The notes under the pieces were generated by a model, which was not told where the DNA came from, searched no databases, and saw only the letters and a program-made list of their open reading frames with translations. This document shows positions 1-9,550 of a DNA stretch of 64,000 nucleotides, piece after piece. The position numbers and the translations under genes are program-made. The number at the start of each line of letters is the position of its first letter. Position 1 is the first letter of the stretch. Origin of the DNA: a virus; the IMG/VR virus record IMGVR_UViG_3300031521_000015; one strand, written 5' to 3'.

Positions 1-51
1 AACGAGTTTTACAATAACTTATATATTCTAATAGAAAGGATGTGAAAATAT

Positions 52-3000
52 ATGGCAAGTGGAATTCCAATAGCGAGTGGGTTTTTATTAGGTTCACAAC
101 AACCAGTCGATTTACGTACAGTGGTTGATACATATGCTGATTTACAAGCTATGCCAATAATTCAAAGACATCTTGGTTTATTAGTATATGTAACTAATGA
201 TAAACAATATTATTATATAAAAGATGATTTAAATATATGGGAAATATTTAATGGTGGTTCAGGAGGCAGTGGTGGAAGTATTTTGTACACAAATCAAGAA
301 CCTTCAACAATTGCTGTAGGTGGAGTAAATATCGGATTCAAGCCGAAACCAACAGGAATTCCTTTGGAAAAGTTAGCTTATCTTATGCTTCATGCAGGTA
401 GTACAGACATAGTTAAATCACCAGTTTTAGTACAATCAACTTATGATGGACAATCTAATATACCAGTAGATTTAGAATATATAGCGTTTGATATAACTAA
501 TGATATAAATACAGTATTAAAAGATATAACAAAAGTTACTTCTAATCCAAGTGGTGCAATAAAAGATGTTACATTGGTGGGAACGAAATTATATGTTTAT
601 TTAAATCCTCTTAACACAGGTACAATTTATGATGTGAAACTAGATTTGGGAGTGATTTTGAATGAAGGCGATGATGAAACGTCGTTTGGAGAAGCACAGA
701 ATGATTTAGCATTAATTTGCTCATTTGAAACTGCTTGGCTTAGTTATCCAATTTCACCAACAGTTTTACCTTCATCAATGGATGGTGTAATTGACCAACC
801 TTTATCTTTAAGTGAGATAACTTTTGATGTTAATGATACCTTTAATTTAACTTTAGATAGTGTAAGTTCCGTAATATCAAGTCCAACAAATATAATTAAT
901 ACTGTGACATTAGTTGGCAACACAATTCATGTAGGATTACATAACCTAGCTAATTTAACAAATTATACAGTAACAGTAAATCCAAATACTGTAGAAAATA
1001 ACGGAGATAATATTATAACAGCTAGAACATCTCCAAATACAAATACAGTATCATGTACATTTAAAACAATAGCACCTGATATTAGTAAACCAGTAATATT
1101 GCAATCATCAATGAATGGTTTAACAGAACAAAATATATATACTACGGAAATTACGTTCCCTGTTTCAAATGCTATTGCAATGACATTAAAAGATGGAACA
1201 CAAGCAACTATATCAAGTAGTGGAGTAAGTGCAACTATTGGTACTGCTACTTTAGATGGTTTAAATGTATTACATATTCCAATTTTGACTAGTAAACTAG
1301 AGTATTCAACTACTTATACAATTTCAATATTAGCGAATATAGTTGAAAATCATGGCGATGGAATTAATAATTTAAATAGTGCTACAAATACAAATAGTGT
1401 GACAACTAGTTTTTCGACCACTACAAAGCCGAAGCCCCAAAATCCAATTATAAATCAATCTGCAATCAACAATACAAATGTAGTTTCAGTAAATTTAAGT
1501 GAGATAACTTTCCAAATTTCTAACGATTTTAATTTATCTTTAGCTGATGCTACTAAAATTACATGTAATAAAACAGGAGTAATAGGGACACCAACTTTAA
1601 ATTTAGCCACTAAAACAATTCATATTCCAATAATATCGACTTTGGCTTATTATACATCTTATACCATAACACTTCAAAGTGGGTTAATAGTTAATAATGG
1701 TGACAATGTTGATACTTTCGGTACAAGTCCTAATGCAAGTATAAGTGCAAGTTTTATAACTGAGCCTACATTAGTTACTCCACCAATAGTACAAAATTCT
1801 AGTATTAATGGTTTAAGTAATCAATCAAGAACTTTGACAGAAGTTGTATTTCCTATTAGTAATTTTATTGGTACAACAATTAAAGATAGTACAAAAATAA
1901 CTTGTGATCATGCTGTAATAGGTACACCAACTATAAGTGGAAGTGCTATACATATTCCTATTGTAACTACTTTAGATTTTTTAACAACCTATAGTATATC
2001 AATAAATGCTAGTGCAATTCAAAATAATGGAGATGGAATTTCTGCTTTAAGTAATAATCCTAATACAAATAGTGTGACTTGTACATTTACAACTATAGAT
2101 AGACCTGTTGTGTCTGCACCTACAATATTACAAAGTAATCTTAATAACGCAACAAATCAATTAACAACATTGAGTGAAATTACGTTTGATGTTTCTAATG
2201 CTATTGGTTTGACACTTGTGAATGGATTAAAAGTAACAAGTAATCCAAGCGGAATTATAGGAACAGCTACTTTAATAGGTAATGCAATTCATGTGCCTTT
2301 GAGTGGATTGAATACAGGTACAACCTATACAGTAAGTATATTGGCTGGAATTGTTCAAAATAATGGTGATAATATTACAACTAGTGGAAGTACGTTAAAT
2401 AGTAATACAATAACAGCAACTTTTAAAACAAAAGCAGGAAATGTAAGTCAGCCTATTGTACAACAGAGTAGTAGCAATGGTTTAACCAATCAACAAATTA
2501 CATTGAGTGAAATTACTTTCGGAGTTTCAAATGCAATAGGTACAACTTTAAAAGATGGTAGTAGAGTAAGTATTAGTCCTAGTGGAACTGTTGGAATAGC
2601 TACTTTATCATCAAATACATTACATATACCTTTGAGTAATATAACATACTCCACTACCTACTCTGTAAGTGTGTTAGATGGAATTGTTACTAACAATGGT
2701 GATGGAATTAACAGTAGTGGTACAGCAGATAATACAAATACTGTAACTGCTAGTTTTACAACAAGAGCAATATTATCTGCACCTAGTTTAACAGCTTCAA
2801 CATCTACTAGTTATCCTGAGAATACTACACAAATAATTTATACAATTAATCAAAGTAGTTGTACTTTATTAGATACTAGTAAAATAGTTGTAACAGGTGC
2901 AAATAAAGGAACAGTAAGTATTAGTGGAAATCAATTAATAATTCCTATTGGTGGAATGGTTAGTGGAAATACTGTTACAGTGAATATTAGTAGTGGTGCA

Positions 3001-3405
3001 ATTGCTAATAGTGATGGAGTAAGTAATGGTGCATTGAGTGATTATACATTTAGCATAACCGATGCCTCCATTGCATTACCTGCACATGACTTTGAATTAA
3101 CAATTCCATGGTCTGTTGGAATAATGAGTCTGAATTTGATTTCTGTAACAGGTTATAGTCCTTCAAACGTATTAAATGCAACAAATTATACTACGCAAAA
3201 AATACAAGTTTACTTTGTTGGAGTAAAAGCTGATTTAGATAGTGGCATCCCAGAAAAAAATGAAAGAATACCCATGAGAGATTATGAAAGTAGTGCAACT
3301 AATAATACCTACGTAGGCAAGTGGTATATGTCATCACTTAATGTTATAAAATTTTTGTCAGCACCTTTAACTGATATAAAGATTAAAATAATAAAATTAA
3401 TTTAG
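52..3405 (+). CDS. Large virion surface/fibre protein with about 8 tandem Ig-like repeats
   Basis: RBS GAAAGGA. N-terminus GFLLGSQQPVDLRTVV...GLLVYV resembles fibre anchor domains. Thr/Ser/Asn-rich repeats of ~113 aa (P.I.QS..NG...Q...LSEITF..SN...HIP...TTY...NNGD...F.T). Confidence 0.7.
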   Translation: MASGIPIASGFLLGSQQPVDLRTVVDTYADLQAMPIIQRHLGLLVYVTNDKQYYYIKDDLNIWEIFNGGSGGSGGSILYTNQEPSTIAVGGVNIGFKPKPTGIPLEKLAYLMLHAGSTDIVKSPVLVQSTYDGQSNIPVDLEYIAFDITNDINTVLKDITKVTSNPSGAIKDVTLVGTKLYVYLNPLNTGTIYDVKLDLGVILNEGDDETSFGEAQNDLALICSFETAWLSYPISPTVLPSSMDGVIDQPLSLSEITFDVNDTFNLTLDSVSSVISSPTNIINTVTLVGNTIHVGLHNLANLTNYTVTVNPNTVENNGDNIITARTSPNTNTVSCTFKTIAPDISKPVILQSSMNGLTEQNIYTTEITFPVSNAIAMTLKDGTQATISSSGVSATIGTATLDGLNVLHIPILTSKLEYSTTYTISILANIVENHGDGINNLNSATNTNSVTTSFSTTTKPKPQNPIINQSAINNTNVVSVNLSEITFQISNDFNLSLADATKITCNKTGVIGTPTLNLATKTIHIPIISTLAYYTSYTITLQSGLIVNNGDNVDTFGTSPNASISASFITEPTLVTPPIVQNSSINGLSNQSRTLTEVVFPISNFIGTTIKDSTKITCDHAVIGTPTISGSAIHIPIVTTLDFLTTYSISINASAIQNNGDGISALSNNPNTNSVTCTFTTIDRPVVSAPTILQSNLNNATNQLTTLSEITFDVSNAIGLTLVNGLKVTSNPSGIIGTATLIGNAIHVPLSGLNTGTTYTVSILAGIVQNNGDNITTSGSTLNSNTITATFKTKAGNVSQPIVQQSSSNGLTNQQITLSEITFGVSNAIGTTLKDGSRVSISPSGTVGIATLSSNTLHIPLSNITYSTTYSVSVLDGIVTNNGDGINSSGTADNTNTVTASFTTRAILSAPSLTASTSTSYPENTTQIIYTINQSSCTLLDTSKIVVTGANKGTVSISGNQLIIPIGGMVSGNTVTVNISSGAIANSDGVSNGALSDYTFSITDASIALPAHDFELTIPWSVGIMSLNLISVTGYSPSNVLNATNYTTQKIQVYFVGVKADLDSGIPEKNERIPMRDYESSATNNTYVGKWYMSSLNVIKFLSAPLTDIKIKIIKLI

Positions 3406-3416
3406 GGAGGAATAAG

Positions 3417-4121
3417 ATGAGTTATGATTCAAGTACGGATTTACAACAGATACAATCCGATATCTTAACAGAAGATACTAGTAGTAATACCTTAATGCCT
3501 TATGACTCTCTTGATTTTTTAAATAAAGCATTAAAAACAGATCAAACTAATATAGTAGGTTCTGTTAATGATTTACAAACTTTAGTAAATGGACTATTTG
3601 ATAACTTTACTAACTTTGGTAGAAAATTTAATGGAGTATTGTTAGATACTGATTCATCTGTTGGACAAGCAAAAGTTCAAGAAATGCAAACATTATTAGG
3701 GTTTAGTACTGTTTTAGAAGCAATAGTTGAGTTAGCTAAAAGAAGTAATGATTCAACTATAGATACGCATATAACAGGTTTAGGTGGCGTATTAATTGGA
3801 CAAGTTGTTTTTATAACCAATGCCAATACCGTTGCTGTTGCAGATTGTAATAATGTAGTATGTTCAAATAAAGTTGTAGGACTAGCAATAAATACATCTT
3901 CAGAAGGTGAAAAATCTTATGTTAGAAATAAAGGCAAAATAGTAAATCCATTATGGAAAACTAATTTTGTAACAGGTGATATAGCTTATTGTGGAAATAC
4001 AGGAGAAATAACAAAGACACCAAATATGCTTTTATCAAAATTTATTCAAAAAATAGGTGTATTTACTAATGATGATGGTGAACTATTAATTGATATTGCT
4101 GAAAGCGTAGAACTAGAATAA
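3417..4121 (+). CDS. Putative virion decoration/cement-type protein
   Basis: RBS GGGAGG. Gly-rich beta C-terminal domain (VVGLAI...GDIAYCG..G...QKIG) resembles the next ORF; sits in the structural operon. Confidence 0.5.
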   Translation: MSYDSSTDLQQIQSDILTEDTSSNTLMPYDSLDFLNKALKTDQTNIVGSVNDLQTLVNGLFDNFTNFGRKFNGVLLDTDSSVGQAKVQEMQTLLGFSTVLEAIVELAKRSNDSTIDTHITGLGGVLIGQVVFITNANTVAVADCNNVVCSNKVVGLAINTSSEGEKSYVRNKGKIVNPLWKTNFVTGDIAYCGNTGEITKTPNMLLSKFIQKIGVFTNDDGELLIDIAESVELE

Positions 4122-4152
4122 ACAAATTAAATGATGAAAGAGAGATGATATA

Positions 4153-4686
4153 ATGTCAACACAAAAATTTATAACTATTGATAGCACAGGTAAAAAGATA
4201 TTAAGAGGTGCTGTTGATACAAGTTTAGGTTCAGCAGACAGTGGAAAAATTGTAGGATTAAACGTAGACGGAAAAGTGGATATTTCTATGATTCCGACTT
4301 CCGTGGGAAAAGTAGGATGTATTTTTGCTTTATCAGAACCATTATCAGCAGGTGATTGGGTAAATGTTTTTACAGACGGAACAGATTACAAAGCAAGATT
4401 AGCTGATGTAACTGATTCAGCTAAAGTATGTCATGGTTTTACTACTGCTAATGGTATTGCTGGAGATAGTGTACTAATCATGTTTGAAGGATTGAACGAT
4501 TATTTGCCAACAGTAGGACTAGTAAATGGTGCTAGTTATTTCTTAGGAACTCTTGGTAAAGCAGTTGCAACACCAGATATGACAACTGCTTCTAAATTCG
4601 TACAACCATTGGGATATTGTGTTAATACAAGTGATAGTACATTAGCAATAAGGTATGAACAAGATGAAGTTATTTATTTAGAGTAG
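4153..4686 (+). CDS. Putative virion decoration/cement-type protein
   Basis: LSAGDWVNV...GF...GASYFLG..G...VQPLG pattern; C-terminal half resembles the preceding ORF. Confidence 0.5.
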   Translation: MSTQKFITIDSTGKKILRGAVDTSLGSADSGKIVGLNVDGKVDISMIPTSVGKVGCIFALSEPLSAGDWVNVFTDGTDYKARLADVTDSAKVCHGFTTANGIAGDSVLIMFEGLNDYLPTVGLVNGASYFLGTLGKAVATPDMTTASKFVQPLGYCVNTSDSTLAIRYEQDEVIYLE

Positions 4687-4690
4687 GTGA

Positions 4691-5107
4691 ATGAATGTGA
4701 AATTTATAACTTTAAATAGTAATGGAAATAAAGTTTTAAAATCAATACCAACAAAAACAATTGTATTTCAATTCTTTGAAGTATCCGATAAGATAAAAGA
4801 TCTAATAATTAGATGTCCTTATAATGGTAAGATAGTTAAAATAAGTGCAAGTACAAATAATATAGGGACTGTAGATACACAATTAATAGTAGAAAAGATA
4901 AGTAAGGGTGATTTTAAAAATCAACTAGATACATGGTCTAGTGTGTTAAGTAGTAACTTATTTATTAGAACTGAACAAGTAGTTGATGATGGAAGTTATT
5001 TAGTCGGTTCTGATATTGTTAGTATTGGTGATTATTTTAGAGTTAATTTAATTGGTGCTAGTGACTTGAAAGGATTAAATTTAGAAATTGAAATAGAAGT
5101 GATTTAA
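4691..5107 (+). CDS. Hypothetical structural protein
   Basis: N-terminus KFITLNSNGNKVL resembles KFITIDSTGKKIL of the previous ORF; tightly coupled to it. Confidence 0.5.
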   Translation: MNVKFITLNSNGNKVLKSIPTKTIVFQFFEVSDKIKDLIIRCPYNGKIVKISASTNNIGTVDTQLIVEKISKGDFKNQLDTWSSVLSSNLFIRTEQVVDDGSYLVGSDIVSIGDYFRVNLIGASDLKGLNLEIEIEVI

Positions 5108-5130
5108 ATAATAAATTAATATAAAATTAT

Positions 5131-5159
5131 TTGACAATATCTCTCAAAAGGAGTATATT
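5131..5159 (+). promoter_or_regulatory. SigA-type promoter for the inserted endonuclease gene
   Basis: TTGACA-17 nt-TATATT. Confidence 0.65.
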
Positions 5160-5276
5160 TATAGTAGGGGATAGCAAGGAGTAATTAACCATGTCAATAA
5201 GAGTATTATCCTAGATACTCTTCCCTTTTTACATATATAATGCTAGGATAACAAATTAAATTATTATAGGAGATGA

Positions 5277-6764
5277 TTGGACATGTTATTGACAAAGGAA
5301 GTTGAAGTAGAACTAAATGGAACTAATGTAAAGCATTATGAAGAATTGGGGTATGAAATACTTAGAGAAAAGAAATGGAAGAAATGGTCAATTCCCACGG
5401 GTACTAAAATAAAAGTAAAAATTGAAGATGTGCCAAAAGGTTCTCATACAGAAGTGCAATGTTTGTGTGATTATTGTTTAGAAAAAGGTATAAGGACAGT
5501 AATTAATAAAAGATATCAAACACACATAAGAGAAAATAAAGATATTTGTGGTAAATGTAGTAAGAATAAAATAAAAGAAATACATGCGTTAGAAATTCAA
5601 ACAAAAGTAAAAGAAACTTTTGACTTAGATATAACAAAGGATGGATATTATGATTTAAAAAATGTTCAAAAAGTTATTGAATATTTTATATCAAAAAATA
5701 ATAGATTTCCTAATACTAAAGAAATGTTATCTGTTTTGTTTATTAGTAATTCAATTAGTAAAATGCATGGAGGTATGACCAATATTCAAAAAACTATGGG
5801 ATATAAAAAAGAAGATTTATTGGTTGATGATAGTGGTATGTCTAATAGATCAGTTTATGAATATTATACAGCTATGTTTTTGTTAGGATTTAATATTTCA
5901 TTTAAAAGAGAACAATCTCCATTTCCAAAAGGAGAAGGATTATTCAGAAGTGATTTTACTTTTTATTTAGAAAATAATAAAACTATTCATTGTGAAGTAT
6001 GGGGATACCCTAAAGAATTAAAGTCTAGTTTAGGAATAGCATATAATAAAAATAGAAAAATCAAAGAAATATTATATGAAAAACATAATGTAGAATATAT
6101 ATCAATAGAACACGATGTTTTTATAAATGGTCTTGAACATATGCAAACAGAATTAAAAAATATATTTAATGATTTTATTATAAATAAAGATTTAGTGTTG
6201 TCAGTAGAATATTTATTACCACCATACAAGTTATCTGATACTCAAATATTAGAAAGAATGATGAAATTTAGTGAAGATAAAAATACTCTTCCATCCTGTA
6301 GCCATTTAAGAGATATCGGGCAAAGAATGTTATATGAAGAAGTAATAAAAAGATATAAAACTTATAAAACATTTGCAGATAAATTTGATAAAAAATTACT
6401 TTCTGATGTATATTGGGACACAGAAAAAGCACATAAATCTATATATGATATATGTAATGAATTAAATAAAGATGTATTTAGTAACAATCTATTAGAGAAA
6501 GTAATAAAAAATAATAATGAATATAGTGGATTGGGTAGGTTTATTAGTTACCAAGGTGATTTTGTTGATTATTTTTTAGATTTTATAGAAATAAAAATAA
6601 TCAATGAAAATGAAATGATAGCTGATGATATTATGAAAAAACTAGTTAATTTAACATTTGGTAAATATCCACATAGAAAAAACAAAGTGACAGATTTCCA
6701 AATAGAAAAATCAAAATATCTATTAAACTTAATAAAAGAAAAGCAATTTAAAGAGGTAGTTTAA
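5277..6764 (+). CDS. Putative free-standing homing endonuclease (Zn-ribbon N-terminus, PD-(D/E)xK-like core)
   Basis: N-terminus HYEELGY...CDYC...CGKC; RSVYE...RSDF...HCEVWG nuclease-like motif. Lys-rich, with its own promoter and terminator, interrupting the structural operon. Confidence 0.55.
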   Translation: MDMLLTKEVEVELNGTNVKHYEELGYEILREKKWKKWSIPTGTKIKVKIEDVPKGSHTEVQCLCDYCLEKGIRTVINKRYQTHIRENKDICGKCSKNKIKEIHALEIQTKVKETFDLDITKDGYYDLKNVQKVIEYFISKNNRFPNTKEMLSVLFISNSISKMHGGMTNIQKTMGYKKEDLLVDDSGMSNRSVYEYYTAMFLLGFNISFKREQSPFPKGEGLFRSDFTFYLENNKTIHCEVWGYPKELKSSLGIAYNKNRKIKEILYEKHNVEYISIEHDVFINGLEHMQTELKNIFNDFIINKDLVLSVEYLLPPYKLSDTQILERMMKFSEDKNTLPSCSHLRDIGQRMLYEEVIKRYKTYKTFADKFDKKLLSDVYWDTEKAHKSIYDICNELNKDVFSNNLLEKVIKNNNEYSGLGRFISYQGDFVDYFLDFIEIKIINENEMIADDIMKKLVNLTFGKYPHRKNKVTDFQIEKSKYLLNLIKEKQFKEVV

Positions 6765-6778
6765 AACTATCTCTTTTT
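6751..6778 (+). terminator. Rho-independent terminator
   Basis: AAGAGGTAGTT-TAA-AACTATCTCTT followed by a T tract. Confidence 0.7.
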
Positions 6779-6822
6779 ATTATACAAAAAAATAAATTAA
6801 AAAGAAAGAAGGATGATTAATT

Positions 6823-7446
6823 ATGGCTATACCTATAATTTCATGGAGAAATATATCAGATTCTAGTGTTGCATCTTTGGCGGATTTCGGAACTGTTGAT
6901 GCTGGAAGTTCGAGTGCAGTACTACAATTTTATCTTTTTAACAATTTTGCAGGTAGCAGTATTGTCAGCAATTGCGAAAGTGCAAAATTGACAATAAAGT
7001 CAAATACTGGAGGAATTAGCGATTCGGTGGTCGTTTCAGAAAAATGGTCGTCGGCTCGTTGCGAATCTGCATCAGAGACAAATTACACACAAATAGGAGG
7101 TACTTATAACTCAGGAACTTCAGCGTGGGACGAAACAGCTCTCAGTATTTGTGCAGACTACTCTTCTTTAAGTGGTGCAGTTGTAAGTGCAACTCAACCT
7201 AGTACAGGATTAGTTGATGGATTAATATGGGTTAAAACATCAGCATTAGGAAATTCTACATACAGATATAACTTAGGCACAACTACTTTTGTTCAAATTT
7301 ACGAAATAAGTGGTGCTATAAATACTGGTGCAGTAGCTACTTCAAAAGCTAACTTTATTAAAATATCGCTCAGAAATGACGTACCTTCAGCTTCACTTGC
7401 AGGGACATATTCCTACAAAACTCGACTCAGATACTCATTTGTATAG
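6823..7446 (+). CDS. Hypothetical virion structural protein
   Basis: RBS GAAGGA; DFGTVDAG motif (similar DFG motifs occur in downstream adhesin genes); Ser/Thr-rich. Confidence 0.5.
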   Translation: MAIPIISWRNISDSSVASLADFGTVDAGSSSAVLQFYLFNNFAGSSIVSNCESAKLTIKSNTGGISDSVVVSEKWSSARCESASETNYTQIGGTYNSGTSAWDETALSICADYSSLSGAVVSATQPSTGLVDGLIWVKTSALGNSTYRYNLGTTTFVQIYEISGAINTGAVATSKANFIKISLRNDVPSASLAGTYSYKTRLRYSFV

Positions 7447-7471
7447 AAAATACGTCAAAATAACCACAATA

Positions 7472-7510
7472 AAAGACTAAGAGAACCTCAAAAAAACTCT
7501 TAGTCTTTTT
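7472..7510 (+). terminator. Rho-independent terminator
   Basis: AAAGACTAAGAG...CTCTTAGTCTTTTT inverted repeat. Confidence 0.7.
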
Positions 7511-7564
7511 ATCATACCCAAAATCAACAAATTAAAACAATAACAAAAGGGAGGCAACAATACA

Positions 7565-8206
7565 ATGTTAGACTTAAAAGAAAATAAAAGATTTTTTAAT
7601 AATTTCAATTCTCCAACACATCAAAGAGAATTCATCTGGTTTGCAAACTATTATGATAATACATATTTAACAGAATTCTCACATTCAACGTTAGGAGAAA
7701 ATAACTTTTATCTAATAGATAAAAACAAATTAGTACAATTTGGATTGATGGGGCATGGATATTACTTTAATTTTAATGCTCTTAATGGTCAATTCAATAT
7801 AAATGAGAAAATAATAGACTTTGCGTATGAATGCAATGGTAACTTATATAGATTAACAAATAATAATTATACAATTTTCAATGATATTATAACATATAAA
7901 AACGTAATAAGCGATTTTAACCCTCATACTGGTGGAGCAGGACAAAAGTTAATAGGAAATATTTATGAATATAATTTTGGATATAAAACTAGATTAGAAT
8001 TTGACGGTGGATTAGTATTAAACTTTTCAGCAATATGTAGCATTCCTACAACTGTAGATTCTCCAATGTATTTTACTTTGAAACTAACTTCTAATAAAGA
8101 TATTGATGGCAAGTTCTTAATAATAGATAATGGTAAGTTAGCAAAAGAAGAACAAGCTAATTTAAAAGCAAAAACGTCAGGTCAAATGCAATGGTTTGTG
8201 AGGTGA
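7565..8206 (+). CDS. Hypothetical phage protein
   Basis: Strong RBS GGGAGG; 213-aa ORF. Confidence 0.55.
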   Translation: MLDLKENKRFFNNFNSPTHQREFIWFANYYDNTYLTEFSHSTLGENNFYLIDKNKLVQFGLMGHGYYFNFNALNGQFNINEKIIDFAYECNGNLYRLTNNNYTIFNDIITYKNVISDFNPHTGGAGQKLIGNIYEYNFGYKTRLEFDGGLVLNFSAICSIPTTVDSPMYFTLKLTSNKDIDGKFLIIDNGKLAKEEQANLKAKTSGQMQWFVR

Positions 8207-8212
8207 TTATAG

Positions 8213-9526
8213 ATGACAAAATTTTCACCAAATCAATTACCAAATCTAAAAACATGGATTTCAGCAGATAGCACGGGGTTAGCTAATAATAGTAATGTAC
8301 CAGTATGGTATGACAAAAGTGGTAATAATTTAAACTTTACACAAAGTGCTACTACACAACAACCACTATTAGTATATAATGCATTGAACGGTTATCCAGT
8401 AGTTAGATTTACTGCTTCCTCAACACAAACAATGACATTAGCTTATACTTTTTCAAATCCTGTAACAGTTTTTTATGTTGCAAAACAAAATGGTGTAACA
8501 AATGGAAGAATGTTGTCTGGACTATCTAACAATTGGCTTTTAGGATTTCATAGTGGAGGAAGACAAAGATCTTATTTTGAAGGATGGACTTCTGTATCTT
8601 CAGGAAATCCACTCTCAAACACAACGCCTTATATTTATGATTGTGTCATTCAAGGTGGATCAATAGCTTCAAAAGCCTATGAGAATGGTACTATATTTTC
8701 AAATAGTACAGCAGGAGTAACAGCACCTAATGGACTATCATTAAATGGACATTTATCAACTAGCGAATTTTCTGATGGAGATATTGCAGAACTGATTGTG
8801 TATAATTCAGCCTTAACAGATTCAGATAGGCAACTAGTAGAAACCTATTTAGCTTATAAGTACAATATCCCAGTATCTACATATTCATATCCAAAACAAA
8901 TAGGAGACTTTCAGCAACTAGATATATATTCATCTAATTTGTGGTATGAACTTACAGAGTTAGTAACATTTAATGGAAAATTCAAACATATCGCAGATAA
9001 AAATATAAAATATATTGCAAAAATAAATAGTGATATTATTACTAGTACAGATTTCATATCTCCATTAACTAATTATATAAATTTTCAAATAGATTACACA
9101 AAGTTAAATGTGGGAGATAATCCATTAATAATTTATATTACTGATTCAGATAATAATCAATCAACCTTTATATATAATGTTGTTAAAGAAAATAGAGATA
9201 CAAATTCTATGAATAGAAGTACACTATATGCTTCAGAATGGAATTTAGACAATAATAATATAAAGTTTGATGTAGATGGTGGAATTACATTGCAAGGCTA
9301 TGGTCAAAATATTGCAACTACAAATCATTATTCTCACATTAATACAAAAGGAAAAGCTAAGATTATTGATATTGATATTGAAGGTAAAGATGATATAACT
9401 GAGGTTTTAGATTATGTAAGAGATATGAATAATTATCAAACAGTAGATTCTGGAATTATATGGACACAAGATTTAGAAATAAATAAATATAAGAATGTAA
9501 ACAATATTACAACATTAAGAAAATAA
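8213..9526 (+). CDS. LamG/concanavalin-like domain virion protein
   Basis: WISAD...WYDKSGN...LNGYPVVRF...GDIAELIVYNSALT...VETYLAYKY signature. Confidence 0.7.
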   Translation: MTKFSPNQLPNLKTWISADSTGLANNSNVPVWYDKSGNNLNFTQSATTQQPLLVYNALNGYPVVRFTASSTQTMTLAYTFSNPVTVFYVAKQNGVTNGRMLSGLSNNWLLGFHSGGRQRSYFEGWTSVSSGNPLSNTTPYIYDCVIQGGSIASKAYENGTIFSNSTAGVTAPNGLSLNGHLSTSEFSDGDIAELIVYNSALTDSDRQLVETYLAYKYNIPVSTYSYPKQIGDFQQLDIYSSNLWYELTELVTFNGKFKHIADKNIKYIAKINSDIITSTDFISPLTNYINFQIDYTKLNVGDNPLIIYITDSDNNQSTFIYNVVKENRDTNSMNRSTLYASEWNLDNNNIKFDVDGGITLQGYGQNIATTNHYSHINTKGKAKIIDIDIEGKDDITEVLDYVRDMNNYQTVDSGIIWTQDLEINKYKNVNNITTLRK

Positions 9527-9550
9527 TTAAAAGAAAGTAGGTGATTATAT

